Source of the DNA: Tubulanus polymorphus
Taxonomy: Eukaryota > Animalia > Nemertea
NCBI RefSeq assembly: GCF_964204645.1
Contig: NC_134026.1
Location: 12,485,950 to 12,549,949 of the forward strand
Direction: 5' to 3'
Length of the DNA stretch: 64,000 bases
A program made the translations under genes and the position numbers. Position 1 is the first letter of the stretch. Each line of letters starts with the position of its first letter. Positions 45,628 through 59,441 of this stretch are shown here, in pieces. The notes beneath the pieces are model-generated. The model was not told the DNA's origin. It worked only from the letters and a program-made list of their open reading frames with translations, and did not search any database.

Positions 45628-46806
45628 ATGGAAGGAGGAATATATGAAATACAAAGTCCAAGTGAAATGATACCAGATATATATTATATAATACCTTATG
45701 ATGAATACAGTAAGTATTTTGGAGAATACTTCTATTAATTCAAATATAGAATAAGTAAAATTGATAATAATATTGAAACAAAAATAGAAGATAATATTGA
45801 ATCTAAAACAGATAATAATATTGAAACAAAAATAAAAGATAATAATATTGAATCTAAAATAGAAGATAATGTTATACCTTCTACATCGAATGATGATACG
45901 ATTGAACCTGATATCAAAACCAAAAAGACAAATGAAAAATATTGTGACGTATGTAAACAGTATAAAAGTTATAAGAATTGGGCAACTCATCTTAATTCAC
46001 TCAAGCATAAGAAAAATAAGAATAAGACTATCAATGAATTGAATAATAATAGTGAAATTGATAATGATAATGTTAAAGAAGATAAATATTGTGAAGAATG
46101 TGATAAATATATCAGTCGTAGTAATTTTTCAAAGCATAAATTAACTCAAATACATTTGCATAATGTAGAAAGAAATATATGTGAAAAGTGTAATGTTGTT
46201 GTATTACCTAAAGATAAAATTAAACATGATATTTCTATTGAACATACAATAAAATCTATTGATTCAAAACGCCTTCCAACATAGAGTTCCAACTGTATTT
46301 TTTGATATCGAAAATAATAATCATAGGAAATTATATAGATCAATTTTTATCGATTATGTAAGAAATAATCCAAAACAAGTATTATCAGATCTAAAAACTC
46401 GTCGGACATATATAAAAACATTTCCAGGTGATTATTCAGGTATACATTATTTCATAAAATTTAAAAATACAGATTTTTTAACAGACTTGAAAAAAGTTGC
46501 TGCTAATGATAATTATGATAATAAAAGTGATAACTTTGATGAAATAATTCAATATTACAGTTATGAAGATTTTTTACAGGATGTTATAAATGAAATAAGA
46601 AATGATGTAAAAAATAAATATAAAAATATAAGTGAAGACAAATTGAACCAATATATTTATTAACTTATGAATTGGATGCTAAGAATTTGAGTGCTGTTGA
46701 TGGTTATCATACTAAACTATTAGGTGAAGTTGAAGGTAATAGAAAATCACAAGAATTAAAAGATGCGCGGCTCAAATTGTTTTTAGAATTAGAATCAGAA
46801 AAGTAA
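45628..46806 (+). pseudogene. Variable accessory gene with DNNIE repeats and three zinc fingers, disrupted
   Basis: TAAATG MEGG start as at 10888; YCDVC..WATHLNSLKH, YCEEC..FSKHKLTQIH, ICEKC..KHDISIEH. Confidence 0.65.
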
Positions 46807-46822
46807 TTTAAAATATGAATAT

Positions 46823-47421
46823 AATACCCTTGTGTCTTTATTGTCTTTAGTACTTTTAGTACTTTTAGTACATAAAGAATAAATCTTTATATTATAAGTA
46901 GTGAATAAAATCATTTTTAAAACTACTAAACTACTAAAGATAATAAAGACATAAATATATATAATTACTGTTTCAATAATAATATTTATTTATCACACAT
47001 ATTTATTATATATTACTGTTTCAATAATGATAAATATCATAGATTTATCATATATAAAAATTATTTATATATTTATTTTTCTAAGTACTAATAAAATAAA
47101 GATTTATTCTTTATGTACTAAAAGTACTATTAAGATAATAAAGACATAACAAATACACATAGATGTATTATATATATTTGATTCAGTAATAAATATCGTA
47201 GATTTATTTATTATTTATCTCACAGATTTATTATATATATTTGATTCAATAATGATAAATCTATGTGTGTTTGTTATGTCTCTATTGTCTTTATTGTCTT
47301 TAGTAGTTTAGTAGTTTTTAAAAATAATTTTATTTTTAAAGTATTGATAAAATAAAGATTTATTCTTTATGTACTAAAAGTACTAAAAGTACTAAAGATA
47401 ATAAAGACATAAGGAGGTATT
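46823..47421. repeat. ~600-bp imperfect palindrome between the convergent gene blocks
   Basis: TGTCTTTATTGTCTTTAGTACTTTTAGTACTTTTAGTACATAAAGAATAAATCTTTA and its reverse complement at ~47353-47410, with nested inner inverted copies. Confidence 0.85.
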
Positions 47422-47450
47422 AATTTGAAATAGTTTAAATTATTCTAATT

Positions 47451-48064
47451 TTATTTTATAAATTTATATTCATAGGGAAATTGAAGCCTCAGAAGTAATT
47501 TTGCTAACCTTTACTAATCTTTAATTTATTCATATATTCATCATGTAATTCAGTAGGTATAATTTGATTTTCTTCCAATGATTGTTGCATAGATTTTCTA
47601 TCTTTGTTATAAAATAAAACTAGAAATCTTATATTCTCCCTAAAGTCTTTAACAATTGAATTATATTTTTGATTTAAAACCCATGTTGTTATCCCAAAAT
47701 GTCTCCCAGAGAAAGCTAGATAACATAACTCACTTTCTCTTACTTTTGAATCATGTAAATTTGCACAATCATCTATAATGAATAATGTATTTGATCCTTT
47801 ATAAATATCAATTGCTATTTTAATACAATTATCTAAATTTTCTTTTACTGTTTTAGGATCTAATATAATAAACTTTTTTATCTTAACTATATCTCTATTA
47901 TATGTTTTATTCATTTCATAAGTAGGACAAAATAATATTATATTAACAAAATGATTCTTATAATTAGTTTCTAACAAGTCTAATATGAAATATGTTTTAC
48001 CACAGTTGGTTACCCCAGTAACTAACATATTATGCGGTTCAAATATAAATAAATCTTTATTCAT
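47451..48064 (-). pseudogene. Packaging ATPase, frameshift near the C-terminus
   Basis: GVTNCGKT, LFIIDDC, SGRHFGITTWVLNQ. Confidence 0.92.
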
Positions 48065-48939
48065 TTATTCTTTTAATTTTACTAGATAAAATCCATTCAT
48101 TAAATTATTATCTTTTTAATCTTGAATATTTCTTCAGTAAAGTTAGGGGTATAACCTTTATAAAAGGTTTTTCTATATTTAGATATTCTTACATGTTGTC
48201 CTATCTTAAATTTAGGTTCTCCGAAATCATATGTAACAAACGCACCATATAAATTATTCCAAACTATTTCTGAATTATCTTCTTTTCTAGCTTGTATAGG
48301 TTTCATATTTATAGAACTATGTTTAGAATTATTATAAACTTTCACCAAATCATCTAATATATCGATATATTTATATGTTTCATTAGCAGTAAAATATTTC
48401 CACATTCTAGTTTTCAATGTTTTATTAAATCTTTCTATAATAGATGCTTTTTTATCTGAGTGTGTTGAAAAATAATCTACATCGTTATCAGATAATAATT
48501 GTTTAAAATGTTTATTATAAAATTCTTTACCTTCATCAAATTGTATCTTATCTGGAATAGCTTCTTTAAATATTGATTTAAAAGCATTTGTTATTTTTAA
48601 TTGGAATTGACCACGCGTATCTACTGAATATGTCTATAACATTTAATATCCAGAAATATCCTTTGTTGTATTCTTCTAAGTTCTTCATGTCAATGAAATC
48701 TGCTCGCCATTGTTGATCAATATATGAATCATAACTTTTCTTGTTAAATAAGTTTTATCCATTTTCTTCTGGATTTGATATGTTGGTTGATTTTGTAACC
48801 ATAATCTTAATTCACTATATTTTATATCACCATTTTCTTTATCAGATTTAATTTTATCCCATAATTCTGTAACGCAAGAATATGATACTTCACTTTTTGG
48901 GTTGTAATATAACTCTCTTAAATATTGTTCTTTTTTCAT
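48057..48939 (-). pseudogene. Integrase, frameshifted, most of the chromodomain deleted
   Basis: Matches 12637..13755; deletion junction near 48103. Confidence 0.9.
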
Positions 48940-48945
48940 CTTATT

Positions 48946-49314
48946 TTAATCCATTAATAATAATTTAGATTTAGTTTCAATGACTTTATGATTTGACTTA
49001 TTTTCTGGTATAATAGGTTTATTATCATTGGAATCATCTTTATCATCAGATTTATACTTATATTTATATATTACACCAGAGAATATAATAACTGTTACTA
49101 ATCCAATTGTAATATATAAGTAATTATTTCTTCCACTATTAGAAGAATTAGATGGATTATTATTTGAATCAATATCAGATAAAGTCTGTGATTCATTTAA
49201 ATCAGTTAATTTCTTTTTCTTAGCTTTTTTTAATTCTGCAGATCTTTTACCTAATTCTCTTGCCCATATAATTTGTTTCTCGGATCTCGGCTTCTTCTTA
49301 ACGCCATCACTCAT
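48946..49314 (-). CDS. Basic one-TM protein, 122 aa
   Basis: Orthologue of 13762..14211. Confidence 0.8.
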   Translation of the reverse strand: MSDGVKKKPRSEKQIIWARELGKRSAELKKAKKKKLTDLNESQTLSDIDSNNNPSNSSNSGRNNYLYITIGLVTVIIFSGVIYKYKYKSDDKDDSNDNKPIIPENKSNHKVIETKSKLLLMD

Positions 49315-49916
49315 TTATTTTAGTTAATTTTTGTTTTGATTCATTTTCTGTTTCACCGTTTGGGTGTCGTACGGCGCCATCTGTTTCGTTCTTACCTGAT
49401 TTATATTCCATAGGCTTGATATTCGAAAATGTTATGACACCAGTAGAAATTAATGTCATAACCGATCCTAATTGGAATGATGCGTATCCAACCCATTTTT
49501 GTAATTCAGTCATAACTAAGTAGTCATTTTTCAAATCAGTATATAATTTATTTTCATCATCAATTGACATTAACAGGTTACATAATTTTGAATAACATTT
49601 GACAATACCATCAGAAATAGAATCATTTATTCGGGCCAATGTTGCCTCCTCGTAAATCTTAAAATATTTTATTACTTTATCTGGTTTCATAGCATCTAAT
49701 TCTTGAAAAGTAATGATCTTAGTTAAAAATTGATTACACTTTCCGCTAGCAATTAGTAATTCAAGATGGTGCTTACAATATAAGTAGTATTCATAATCAA
49801 TATTACAATTAATATTATTTTCAATTTTGGTCGGAATATCCTTATTATCACTAATGCCCAAATCATCTAATGTTTTTTTCAATGTTGGTATTATTCTTAC
49901 TCGATTTCTTTGACAT
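49307..49916 (-). pseudogene. Conserved ~200-aa Polinton protein, frameshift just after the start
   Basis: TAAATG start at 49916 equals 14806 in copy A; main frame 49307..49882. Confidence 0.75.
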
Positions 49917-50148
49917 TTATATTAGAGAAAAAAGCAAGAAAAATATTATAAGTATTATAAAATGATACTAGATAGTTACAGTTAAAGAATTCTAGTATTA
50001 GTTATTGTTTTTTTAGTATTTTTTATTTGTGACAAAAAGTATTCTCTTTTTGAAAAAAATAACAGATTTTGAAAAAAATTAAAATAGAAATAATGGCTAG
50101 TTGAAGTATGTAATTTTTATTATATTTTATTTGAATTCTATTATTCTT

Positions 50149-50840
50149 TAACCATTTATTAAAGACTCAACGTATTGTTCATTATTTGGATCATTATTCC
50201 ATAATTCAATAAATTTCTTTGCTTTATCCAGTTGATCCAAATATAACTGTAAATCTAGTTAATTAAATTTTATTTTATTATCTTTCTTTTTAAGAGGTCT
50301 TAAATTCTTCCAATTCCAAATTAGTTTTTTATTGTGTTCAGCATTCATGTTAAATTTAGATATTGGTAATCGATATCAAAATAATCTCCCTATAATTCAT
50401 TTGACCATCGAATTGAAATATAATCCATGATTTAAGAAATTTATCTGAACAGCCTAATAATTAGATTAGTGTGGCTGAATGCGTTTCTTTACTGAATAAT
50501 TTTGATAATCTATTTCGCAAATATTGTTTCATTTTTAAATTAAGATCTGTTTGACGCCTTTCTTTATGATAATTTTTATTATACACTTTAATATGTTCTA
50601 AATGATTTTCTTTCCATTGCTTATTTTATCTTTGCGTGTTTCAGTATTATTTCTATAATTTTGTTTGCCACTTAGTTTACTACACGTTTTACAATAACTT
50701 TGCTTACCATCTTTCTGAGTTTTATAATTATAATATTCCGAGAGTTGTTTATATATTTTGCATTTACAACATTTCTTCTGATAAATATTTATAACATCAT
50801 TATTGTTTATATTTATAGCTTGTTGTTGTTCTGACTCCAT
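50149..50840 (-). pseudogene. HNH endonuclease homologue, disrupted
   Basis: KKCCKC..KDGKQSYCKTC, LLGCSDKFLKSWI, WNWKNLRPL; homologous to 16515..17166. Confidence 0.75.
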
Positions 50841-51159
50841 TTATAATACATATTTTTATTAAAATTGATTAACATTTTAGAATCCTCTTCCATTTCTCGA
50901 CTAACGTCATCCTTTTTCATTCCTCGCTGCTTTTGATAAATCATTTCGGTTCCTTGATATCAAAATCATACCATTTGCAATATCCGTGTTGCATGCGGAC
51001 ATCAATGTCCGCTTTTGATCAATGCGCATGCGCTAATCATAATTGTATATTTATTCTGTAAAATTGAAACGACCGAACATAGAAAATTCACCAAGCAGAT
51101 TTACACAATACATTTACAAGTATGTTCGGTCGTTTCATCCAATACATCATTTGATTTCT

Positions 51160-51413
51160 ATAAATACAATTTATAATTACAAACATTTTTTCAATTGCCG
51201 GTAAATATTTAACTACATCAACAAATGTTAAACTTAATCATTGGAATTTTCGGAGTAGTCTAAATGTTTTTGAAATTCTTATATAGTTTCTTCGTCGATC
51301 TCTTGTATTTCTTGTGGTTCTACGCCAATTTCTATTTGTTCGATATCCATTGCTGTCGATTCCTCGGAAAGAGTATCTTGAGTTTCTCTATCGCTTCTTG
51401 ATGCGTATGACAT
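51160..51413 (-). pseudogene. Acidic-N-terminus gene remnant
   Basis: Homologous to 15646..16112; donor GTAAGT at 51550, acceptors at 51453 and 51423. Confidence 0.5.
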
Positions 51414-51996
51414 TTTATTAATCTAAAAGATATTAGTGGTAACTCTAGCTATCTAAAAGATATACTAAATACACTTAAATATATTTAAAGGTTTCATATT
51501 TAGTAGCCCCCTTTCCCTACTTCATAATAACTACAAAAAACGGTACTTACATTTAGATTTAGAACTGTAAACCTTAACTCCGAATTGTGTTTCGATAGAT
51601 AAATCCTAAGCGTTCTGTATACACCATCTATTCAGTTCGGGCGCGCCTTCCAGAATGATCTGATACGTCTGCGGTTTATTATGACTCATTATGTCTGGCG
51701 GGCGTCATGGAAACGCTTGACAGCTGTGAATTTATAGGCTTAATTAAATAGTTCTTTACATGAAATATAACAGATGTTTTAGTAACCAAAAGCTATGTAT
51801 TATATACATACAAGGCTCAAATAGAGTTGCCGGTTTTCTAACCACTGATTAAAACCTCAGAATGCGGTTGATTCTGCGAGCTACTATTCCATAATTCAAC
51901 AAATGTCTTTGCTTGAACCAGTTGATCTAAATATAACTGTAAATCAAGTTTATTAGATTTGATTATATTTTCCTTCTTTTCTAAAGGTCTTAAATT

Positions 51997-52260
51997 TCAA
52001 TTATTCATATTTCTAATATGACTTTTAGATTTTAAATGTTCTTTATGATATCTTTTATCACTGAATGATTGATTACATGTATCACATTTGTATGTTTCTT
52101 TTTCATTCTTTAATTCATCTAATTTAGTTTCTAATATATCATCTTTATATTCTAATTTCAATTTATTCCCTAAATGTGTTTTAGTTTTATTGTGTCTTGC
52201 TTTTTGAGATTTATCTATATTGATTTTACATGTCGGACAGTAGTACCTATTTGCTTCCAT
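51997..52260 (-). CDS. Two-zinc-finger ORF within the right TIR
   Basis: Corresponds to the first ~87 codons of pPolB in copy C. Confidence 0.55.
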   Translation of the reverse strand: MEANRYYCPTCKINIDKSQKARHNKTKTHLGNKLKLEYKDDILETKLDELKNEKETYKCDTCNQSFSDKRYHKEHLKSKSHIRNMNN

Positions 52261-52491
52261 TTTAATACTAAATTTTTTATTAAAATTGATTTTAGAAGTT
52301 ATTCATTTATATGTTATTCATATATATGAATATTTTAAGAGTAATAGGGATAATTGGCGTTCAGGTTAAAGGTTGAAGGGGCGGGCGAGTAAAAAATGAA
52401 AAATAAATTCGAGCGTGCGAGAATTTATTTTTCATTTTTTATGAGCTCGACCCTTCGACCTTTGGCCTGAACGCTCATTATCCCTATTACT
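51997..52491. repeat. Right TIR of Polinton B, ending in a 152-bp hairpin (52340-52491)
   Basis: AGTAATAGGGATAATTGGCGTTCAGG...CCTGAACGCTCATTATCCCTATTACT. Confidence 0.9.
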
Positions 52492-54810
52492 GACGTTGAA
52501 ATCCCTGTTGACTATAATTAGAAATAACATTTTCGAGTAGGTTAAAGAGTTCAGGGGAGTCATTAGAAGTGTGGAAATTAGAGTCACTCGGTGGGATATA
52601 GGTGATGCATAGAAACATATCTTTGTCAAGGTTGAAAAAAGATTTACAAAGCTTGATCAAGAGAAGTTCGCTTGATTTAATGGGCAAGGCTTTTAATACC
52701 TTGTTTTATAGAGTTTTTTATGAGAAGGGCAATGCCACCATAGTGCTTTTTAGCGTTTTTGGATTTAGCGCGAGTATTATGAATGGTGGAAAAACCAGGT
52801 ATTTCAAGGATATCGGTGTTAGAACAATGAGTCTCAGCCAGGCGAATAATGTCATCCTTAGAGAGATCGGTATTCGAGAAACGCCTAATGAAAAACACCA
52901 AATCGGAAAACGCATAACGCCTAATTCAAGTAACATCCAAGAAATTGACCTAAATCCCTACGTGAACTATGTACGCAACGCTACATAGTTCACGTCGGAG
53001 TGCGTGGAGCGCCGCCTGTTCCATCTTCGTTTCTACGTGAAGCGTAAAACACATGTATTTTCAAACTGTTCCGTTGATGGGTTGGATTGTGAGTCTCAGT
53101 AGATGGTGCAATTACGAAATTAGGTCATTTTCTAGGAATTAGGCGTTATGCGTTTTCCGATTCGGTGTATTTCGTTTTTCGAGTACCGTAGAGAGATTGC
53201 GGTGTACATCAGGGTCTGAGAGTTTACAGTATTTTTGGCCGTTAACTCTCCGGAAAGCACCATCGATATTCCAGAAGCAGGTTGAAATCATAGCAGGGCA
53301 GGTCATAGTATCATAAACAAAAAAAGAATAACCTATAGATGAGGGATCGAGGGCTGTTACATACAATGAGAGTACAATATAGAATATATAGAGACCAGGC
53401 TATTGAAGTTTAGGTGCCCATTCGGATATATATGAAGGTTTGAGGGGACGCAGAAACATCAGTGCACTAGTAGGTTCACAGATATAGAATATACAAGATA
53501 CATACAGATTGTAGATGCAGATGATATCTTTGATGCTCATGAAGCAGGTGTGTTTTAAGTAGGTACAAAAGTATCGATTCCTAGTGAGTTTAACAAATAT
53601 AAAAAATACAAGGTACATAAGATTGTAAATACAAGGTAACTAAGGTTATAAAGTATTTTTTCCATTTTCTTTAGCAGTTTTAACATAGAGATCAATAAAC
53701 TAGAGCAATAGACTCAATTATAATTAGCTGTAACATAACATTTATGAATGATTTAAGAGATAATCCCGGTTAACGGTAGAAAGCGGGTGGATTTATACAC
53801 CCAGCAAGATAATCCAGGATCTGTTGTACGTGGTTGTAGTTGATCGGGCCGGTGTGGAAGTTGTTTCTCTGTCCTTTGTTATTGTACGAGCTCGAGAAAC
53901 GATTGGATGGAGATGGATATCCGTGCGGAACGCGATGAGTAGGAGCTGGAGTTGCGGTTCCAGAGAGTCCTTGATAGGCTCTCACAAGAAGGCCGGTGCC
54001 TTTCTTATTGAGATGTACGCAGTCTGTTTTGAAATAGACGGACGACACAGATTTTAAGGCGGACGGGAGGGCGAAAATATCACAATGCAGGGTCTTCAGC
54101 CTTTCGGAGTAGCTGGAAGCTCTCGTTGAGTATCCTTCATCAGCTCGCGGTAGAGCTTCGGTGATGTAAATCGACGCATTCGTGAACTTTCGCTTGCATA
54201 ATTCAATGCAAGTGTCAACGCTTTCATGAGCCAGGTCATTGTCGCTGACCTGTAGGTAGACCTTGACAATGTTGTCATTGCACTGGAGTCGTAGGCGCCC
54301 TGAATATTTTTCGCGTCCTTTTCTAATGTTTTGATCGATGTGTATTGCCCTGGAAATAGTGCGGCGGGCCGTAAAAAACGCGTATGGGAGTTCCCGACTA
54401 CGATGATCTCCGCGGATTTCGCAATATTGTTACTCAAATTTGCGTTCACCGGGTTAGGAGCGGCATTGATAGAGGTTGGTGAAGGTTTCGTTTTGGCGAC
54501 GGTGGTGAACGGTCTCGGATCGGAGAGTGCGTGGTTAGAAGATTTCAGGGATATTATCTCTTCGTTCAGCAAGTCATTAGTCGAATTTGCAATCAACAAG
54601 TTGTCTTCGAGGGTCATAACGGTTGACTTAAGTGACTCTAATGATCGGTTGGAGGAAGAAATATCATTTTTGCATTTCTTCAGAGCGGACGTAACATGTG
54701 ATATTCTGTCCTGACTGGAGCGGAGTTTGCAGGACAGGTCATCTATCGCTGAGCTTAGTTCGATGACTTTTCTTTTCGTTGATCGGGCAAACACCGCAGG
54801 AGGTGGTGTA
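52492..54810 (-). mobile_element. Non-LTR retrotransposon fragment (CR1/L2-group-like): ORF1 and start of ORF2
   Basis: ORF1 coiled coil + SGNH-like IVVGNSHTR...DCVHLNKKG (53770-54810). APE endonuclease CFWNIDG, DIIRLAETH, YGGIALLIK, ITYIPP (52492-53291). Cut at both ends by Polinton termini. Confidence 0.85.
52868..53188. mobile_element. 321-bp Mutator-like MITE
   Basis: CGGTATTCGAGAAACG...CGTTTTTCGAGTACCG; 9-bp TSD TAGAGAGAT; removal restores the APE frame (VHRNLSKDDIIRL). Confidence 0.9.
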
Positions 54811-55610
54811 AGTAATAGGGATAATAGGCTTTCAGATCAAAGGTCGAACGGTCGAGCTCATTAAAAAACAAAACATTAAAAGTAATTTAAAACTATAATA
54901 TATTTTCATAACCATGTGCATTTTATATTATAACTAAATATTTATTCTAAGATATCAATAATTTAATACAATACACAAATTCATATAATCAAATATATTT
55001 TAATAATAATAATTATTCTATTATTCAACTGAAATACACACGGTTATGAAAATATATTATAGTTTTAAATTACTTTTAATATTTGTTATTAATGAACTCG
55101 ACCATTCAACCTTTAACCTGAAAGCCTATTATCCCTATTACTCTTAAAATAATCATATACATGAATAACATTTAAATTGACAGATTATTCAATATAAAAG
55201 TATATATTTACAACATTATTTCAATATTCTTATTTGTGTGAGTTAGATTTTTAAACATTAAAAGTGTTAGTAAAGTGTGATTGAAATAATACATGATATA
55301 AATCATTGAACTTCTAAAATCAATTTTAATAAAAGATTTAGTATTAAAATGGAAGCAAATAAGTACTACTGCGCAACATGTAATATCAATATAGATAAAT
55401 CCCAAAAAGCAAGACACAATAAAACTAAAACACATTTAGAGAATAAATTGAAACTAGAATATAACTATGATATATTAGAAACTAAATTAGATGAATTAAA
55501 GAATGAAAAAAAACATACAAATGTGATACATGTAATCAATCATATAGTGATAAAAGATATTATAATGAACATTTAAAATCTAAAAGTCATATTAGAAATA
55601 AGAATAATGA
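54811..55610. repeat. Left TIR of Polinton C, starting with a 332-bp hairpin (54811-55142)
   Basis: AGTAATAGGGATAATAGGCTTTCAG...CTGAAAGCCTATTATCCCTATTACT; downstream part is the reverse complement of the A and B right ends. Confidence 0.88.
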
Positions 55611-58600
55611 TATTTTAGGTGAAGATTATTTTGATAAAGATAATGATAAGAAACAGAAAACAATTAAAAGCATAAAAAATAAATTAAACAATAAAAGACC
55701 ATACATGGAAGATGTAAGAAATTATATTAATTCATTAGATAATAAAAAAGATATAGAGATAACGGAAGCATTTAAAAGTGATATTGGTCCAGCAGGAATC
55801 GAGTTTAAATTTCATAAAGGAAAAACATTAGAAGAAAATAAAAAACATTTAGAAAATATGAAAGAAATAATAAAAATAATTACTGATGTTGAATATCCTA
55901 AAATAAGTATATCTTCTAAAGTTAAATTCATAAAATCCGAAGATAAACCAATATATAATATAAATTCTCATTCACAACATATTATTTCAAAACAACATAT
56001 AGATGATAAATTAGATAAATAAAACAACATATAGATGATAAATTAGATAAATGTTATAATGAAGTAAAAACTAAAATAGAAGAGAAATATTTTGAAGGAT
56101 CTGGTTTTAATATTTGATGAAATAATATTTATGACTTTACATGTTTATAACACAAAATATAATAAGTTAACTAAATCAAAACCAATAGATGAAAATAATG
56201 TATCATATTATAAAGAACCAGATATTGAAGCATCGAGTTATATTAAACTACCATTTAAAACTAATGCTGTAATAAATGTACAAAATGAAGATGATAAATG
56301 TTTTCTATGGGCCATAATATGTTGTTTACATCCTGCTACTTATAATATTTGTAGATTAACTCATTATAAACCATTTGAAAATAATTATAAGATAGATAAG
56401 TATCCTGTTAGAATTAAAAACATCCCAAAAATAGAAAGAGATAATAATATAAAGATAAATGTATTTGATTTAATCAAATTACCAAATACAAAAGGTAACA
56501 ATATAAAACATTATACATTAGAACCTTTATATATATCAAAAGATTATGATTCAAATGATGTTATAGATATACTATATTATGAGAATCATTATATGTGGAT
56601 TAAACAAATAGATTTATTCTTTAGAACAGAAAGTGATCACCATAATAAAATATATCTTTGTAGAAAATGTTTACATAGATTCAGTAATGAAAGTACATTA
56701 TTAAATCATAAACAATTATGTGAAAATCATGATTATTGTAAATTAGTTTTACCAAATGAAAAGGATAGAATATTAGAATTCAAAAAATATGATTACAAAA
56801 ATAAAGTTCCACTTGTTATATATGGAGATTTTGAATCATTAAATAAAGAACTAACTGATCAAGATAGAAAAGAAATATATTATAAGAGAAAGAAATTAAA
56901 TTCTAATGAAAATGATTATTCTGAAGAACCACCAAAAACAAATACTATTAAAAAGATTCATCAATCAGCTGCTGCTTTCGGGTTATATATTAAATCTGAT
57001 TATCCAGAACTAATTGAAAGTGAATATTATGATTATAGAAATGAAAATGTTATCAATCATTTTTGTGACTTATTAATTGAATATGAAATAAGATTTAGTA
57101 AATTATTGAATACAAATATAGAAATTATAATGACAGAAGAAGATAAAGAAGCATTTGCGTTTGCAGGTAAATGTTATTATTGTGAAAAGATAATTAATTA
57201 TAAAGATAAAAAAGTAAGAGACCATGATCATTTGAATGGAAAGTTTAGAGGCGCTGCACATGAGAATTGTAATTTACAAGCTAAGAAAATTAATTTTGTA
57301 CCAGTTATATTTCATAATCTATCAGGATATGATGCACATTTATTTATCAAACAGTTATGTCATAAAATAGAAGAAATTAATAATGAAATAGAAAGATTAA
57401 ATTCAAATAGATCAAAAGATAAAATACCAACTTATAAATTTAGAATGTTAGCTAAAACATCTGAGAATTATATATCATTCCAATTTGGATGTCTAAGATT
57501 TATAGATTCATATAATATTTTTAAGTAGTTCATTAGATAACTAATCAAAATCATTAGTTGATGATGAATTAAAAATATTAAAGCAACACTACCCAAATAA
57601 TGATGATTTTCAATTAATGAGATATAAAGGAGCAATTCCATATTCTTTCTATAAAAATCATAATGATTTCAATATAACTGAATTATTGAAAGAACAATTC
57701 TATGATGAATTAAAAAATGAATATGTTAAAGATGAAGTCTATAATAGAACATTGAATATTTGGAATCATTTCAAAATAGAAAATCATGGGCAATTAGTAG
57801 ATATATATTTAAAATCAGATGTATTATTATTATATATTCGAAAGGTTTAGAGATGTAAACCTAAAATATTTTAATATTTAATCCTTGTCATTGTTATTCT
57901 AGCCCAGGTTTAACATGGGATTGTGGTTTAAAATTTACAGATATAAAAATGGATTTGTTAACAAATATAGATTAATTATTATTATTTGAAAAATCTATAA
58001 GAGGAGGAGTTTCAGGTGTATTAGGCGATAGATATTTCAATGTAAATGATAACCCTGGATAAAAGTTATTATATATAGATGCAAATAATTTGTATGGTTG
58101 GGCAATGATGGAACCACAACCTTATGGAGTATTTGAAATAAGTGAAGTTTTACAGAATGAAAATAATGATAAATTTGATTGGAAGAAAAGAATTCTAGAT
58201 ATTGCAGATGATTCAGATACTGGTTACTTCTTTGTTGTAGATTTAGAATATCCTGAACATATTAAATTTAAATCTAGAAATCTAGCATACTGTCCAGAAC
58301 ATAAAACTGTAACTCATGAAGAATTATCAAATTACCAAAAAAGAATTAAACCCGAAAATCATATTCATACAGAAAAGTTAATGGTAACTCAAGAAGATAA
58401 ATATAATTATGTAGTACATTATAGAATGTTGAAGTTTTATTTGAATCAAGGAATGATTCTAAAAAAAGTACATAGATATATTTCATTTAGTCAATCTAAG
58501 TGGTTAGAAAAATATATAGATTTTAACACCAAACAGAGAACTGAAGCTAAAACTGATTTCGAAAAAGATTTCTTCAAGTTAATGAACAATGCATTCTATG

Positions 58601-59412
58601 GTAAGACTTATGAAAATATTAGAAATAGAAATGATATTGAGTTAGTTAGTAATGGCAAAAGGATAAGGCATTTACAGTCATATCCTAAGTTCATTGGTAA
58701 CAGAATATTTGATGAAAATTTAGCTGCAGTTAAAATGAGAAGAACTTCTATGAAATTTAATAAACCAATCTATGTTGGCGCTTCAGTTTTAGAATTATCA
58801 AAATTACTAATGTATGAATTCTATTATAATGTATTACAACCACTTTTTGGAGAAAAACATATAGAAATCTTATATTTTGATACAGATTCTTACATATTAA
58901 AGATAAAAACTGATAACATAACTGATGATTTAAAAACATTAAAACATCATTTTGATTTCAGTAACTATCGTAAAGATCATGAATTGTTTAGCAATGATAA
59001 TAAAAAAGTTCCCGGTAAATTCAAAGATGAATTAGGTGGTGAAGAAATGATTGAATTCATTGGTATTAGATCCAAAATGTATTCATATAAAACTAAAGAA
59101 CATGAAGCTAAATAGTTAAAAGGAATAACCAAAAGTGTAGTAGAAAAGAATATTCATTTCAAAGATTACATCAATTGTATATTCAATGAAGAAGTTAGAA
59201 AACATAAGATGAGATGTTTAAGATCTGAAGATCATGAAATGTTTATTGAAGAAATTGAAAAGATAAGTCTAAACCCATTTGATGATAAAAGATATATTCT
59301 GGATGATGGAATTCATACAGTTGCTTATGGTTGTAATTTAGATGAATACTTAAAATTTAAAAGAGAAGAAACAAAAGAGAACGAGATAATGAAAAGAATT
59401 CTAACGTGTTAA
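55349..59412 (+). pseudogene. Full-length pPolB gene (~1340 codons) broken by stops, frameshifts and a 32-bp tandem duplication (55989-56052)
   Basis: ORFs 55349, 55705, 56092, 57617, 58090 and 59209 join into one frame: ZnF-ZnF, linker, DKCFLW domain, then pPolB near-identical to copy A. Confidence 0.92.
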
Positions 59413-59441
59413 TCAAATTTTAATAAAAATATGTATTATAA

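Larger units (their letters stand above)
43543..52491 (+). mobile_element. Polinton copy B, left half missing, right end ...ATCCCTATTACT at 52491
   Basis: Colinear with copy A from ~8776 onward; right flank GACGTT. Confidence 0.95.

Noticed and set aside
52340-55142. Single composite element formed by the B and C ends around the LINE piece
   Set aside because: Both hairpins are continuous with their own Polinton bodies, differ in sequence, and share no TSD.
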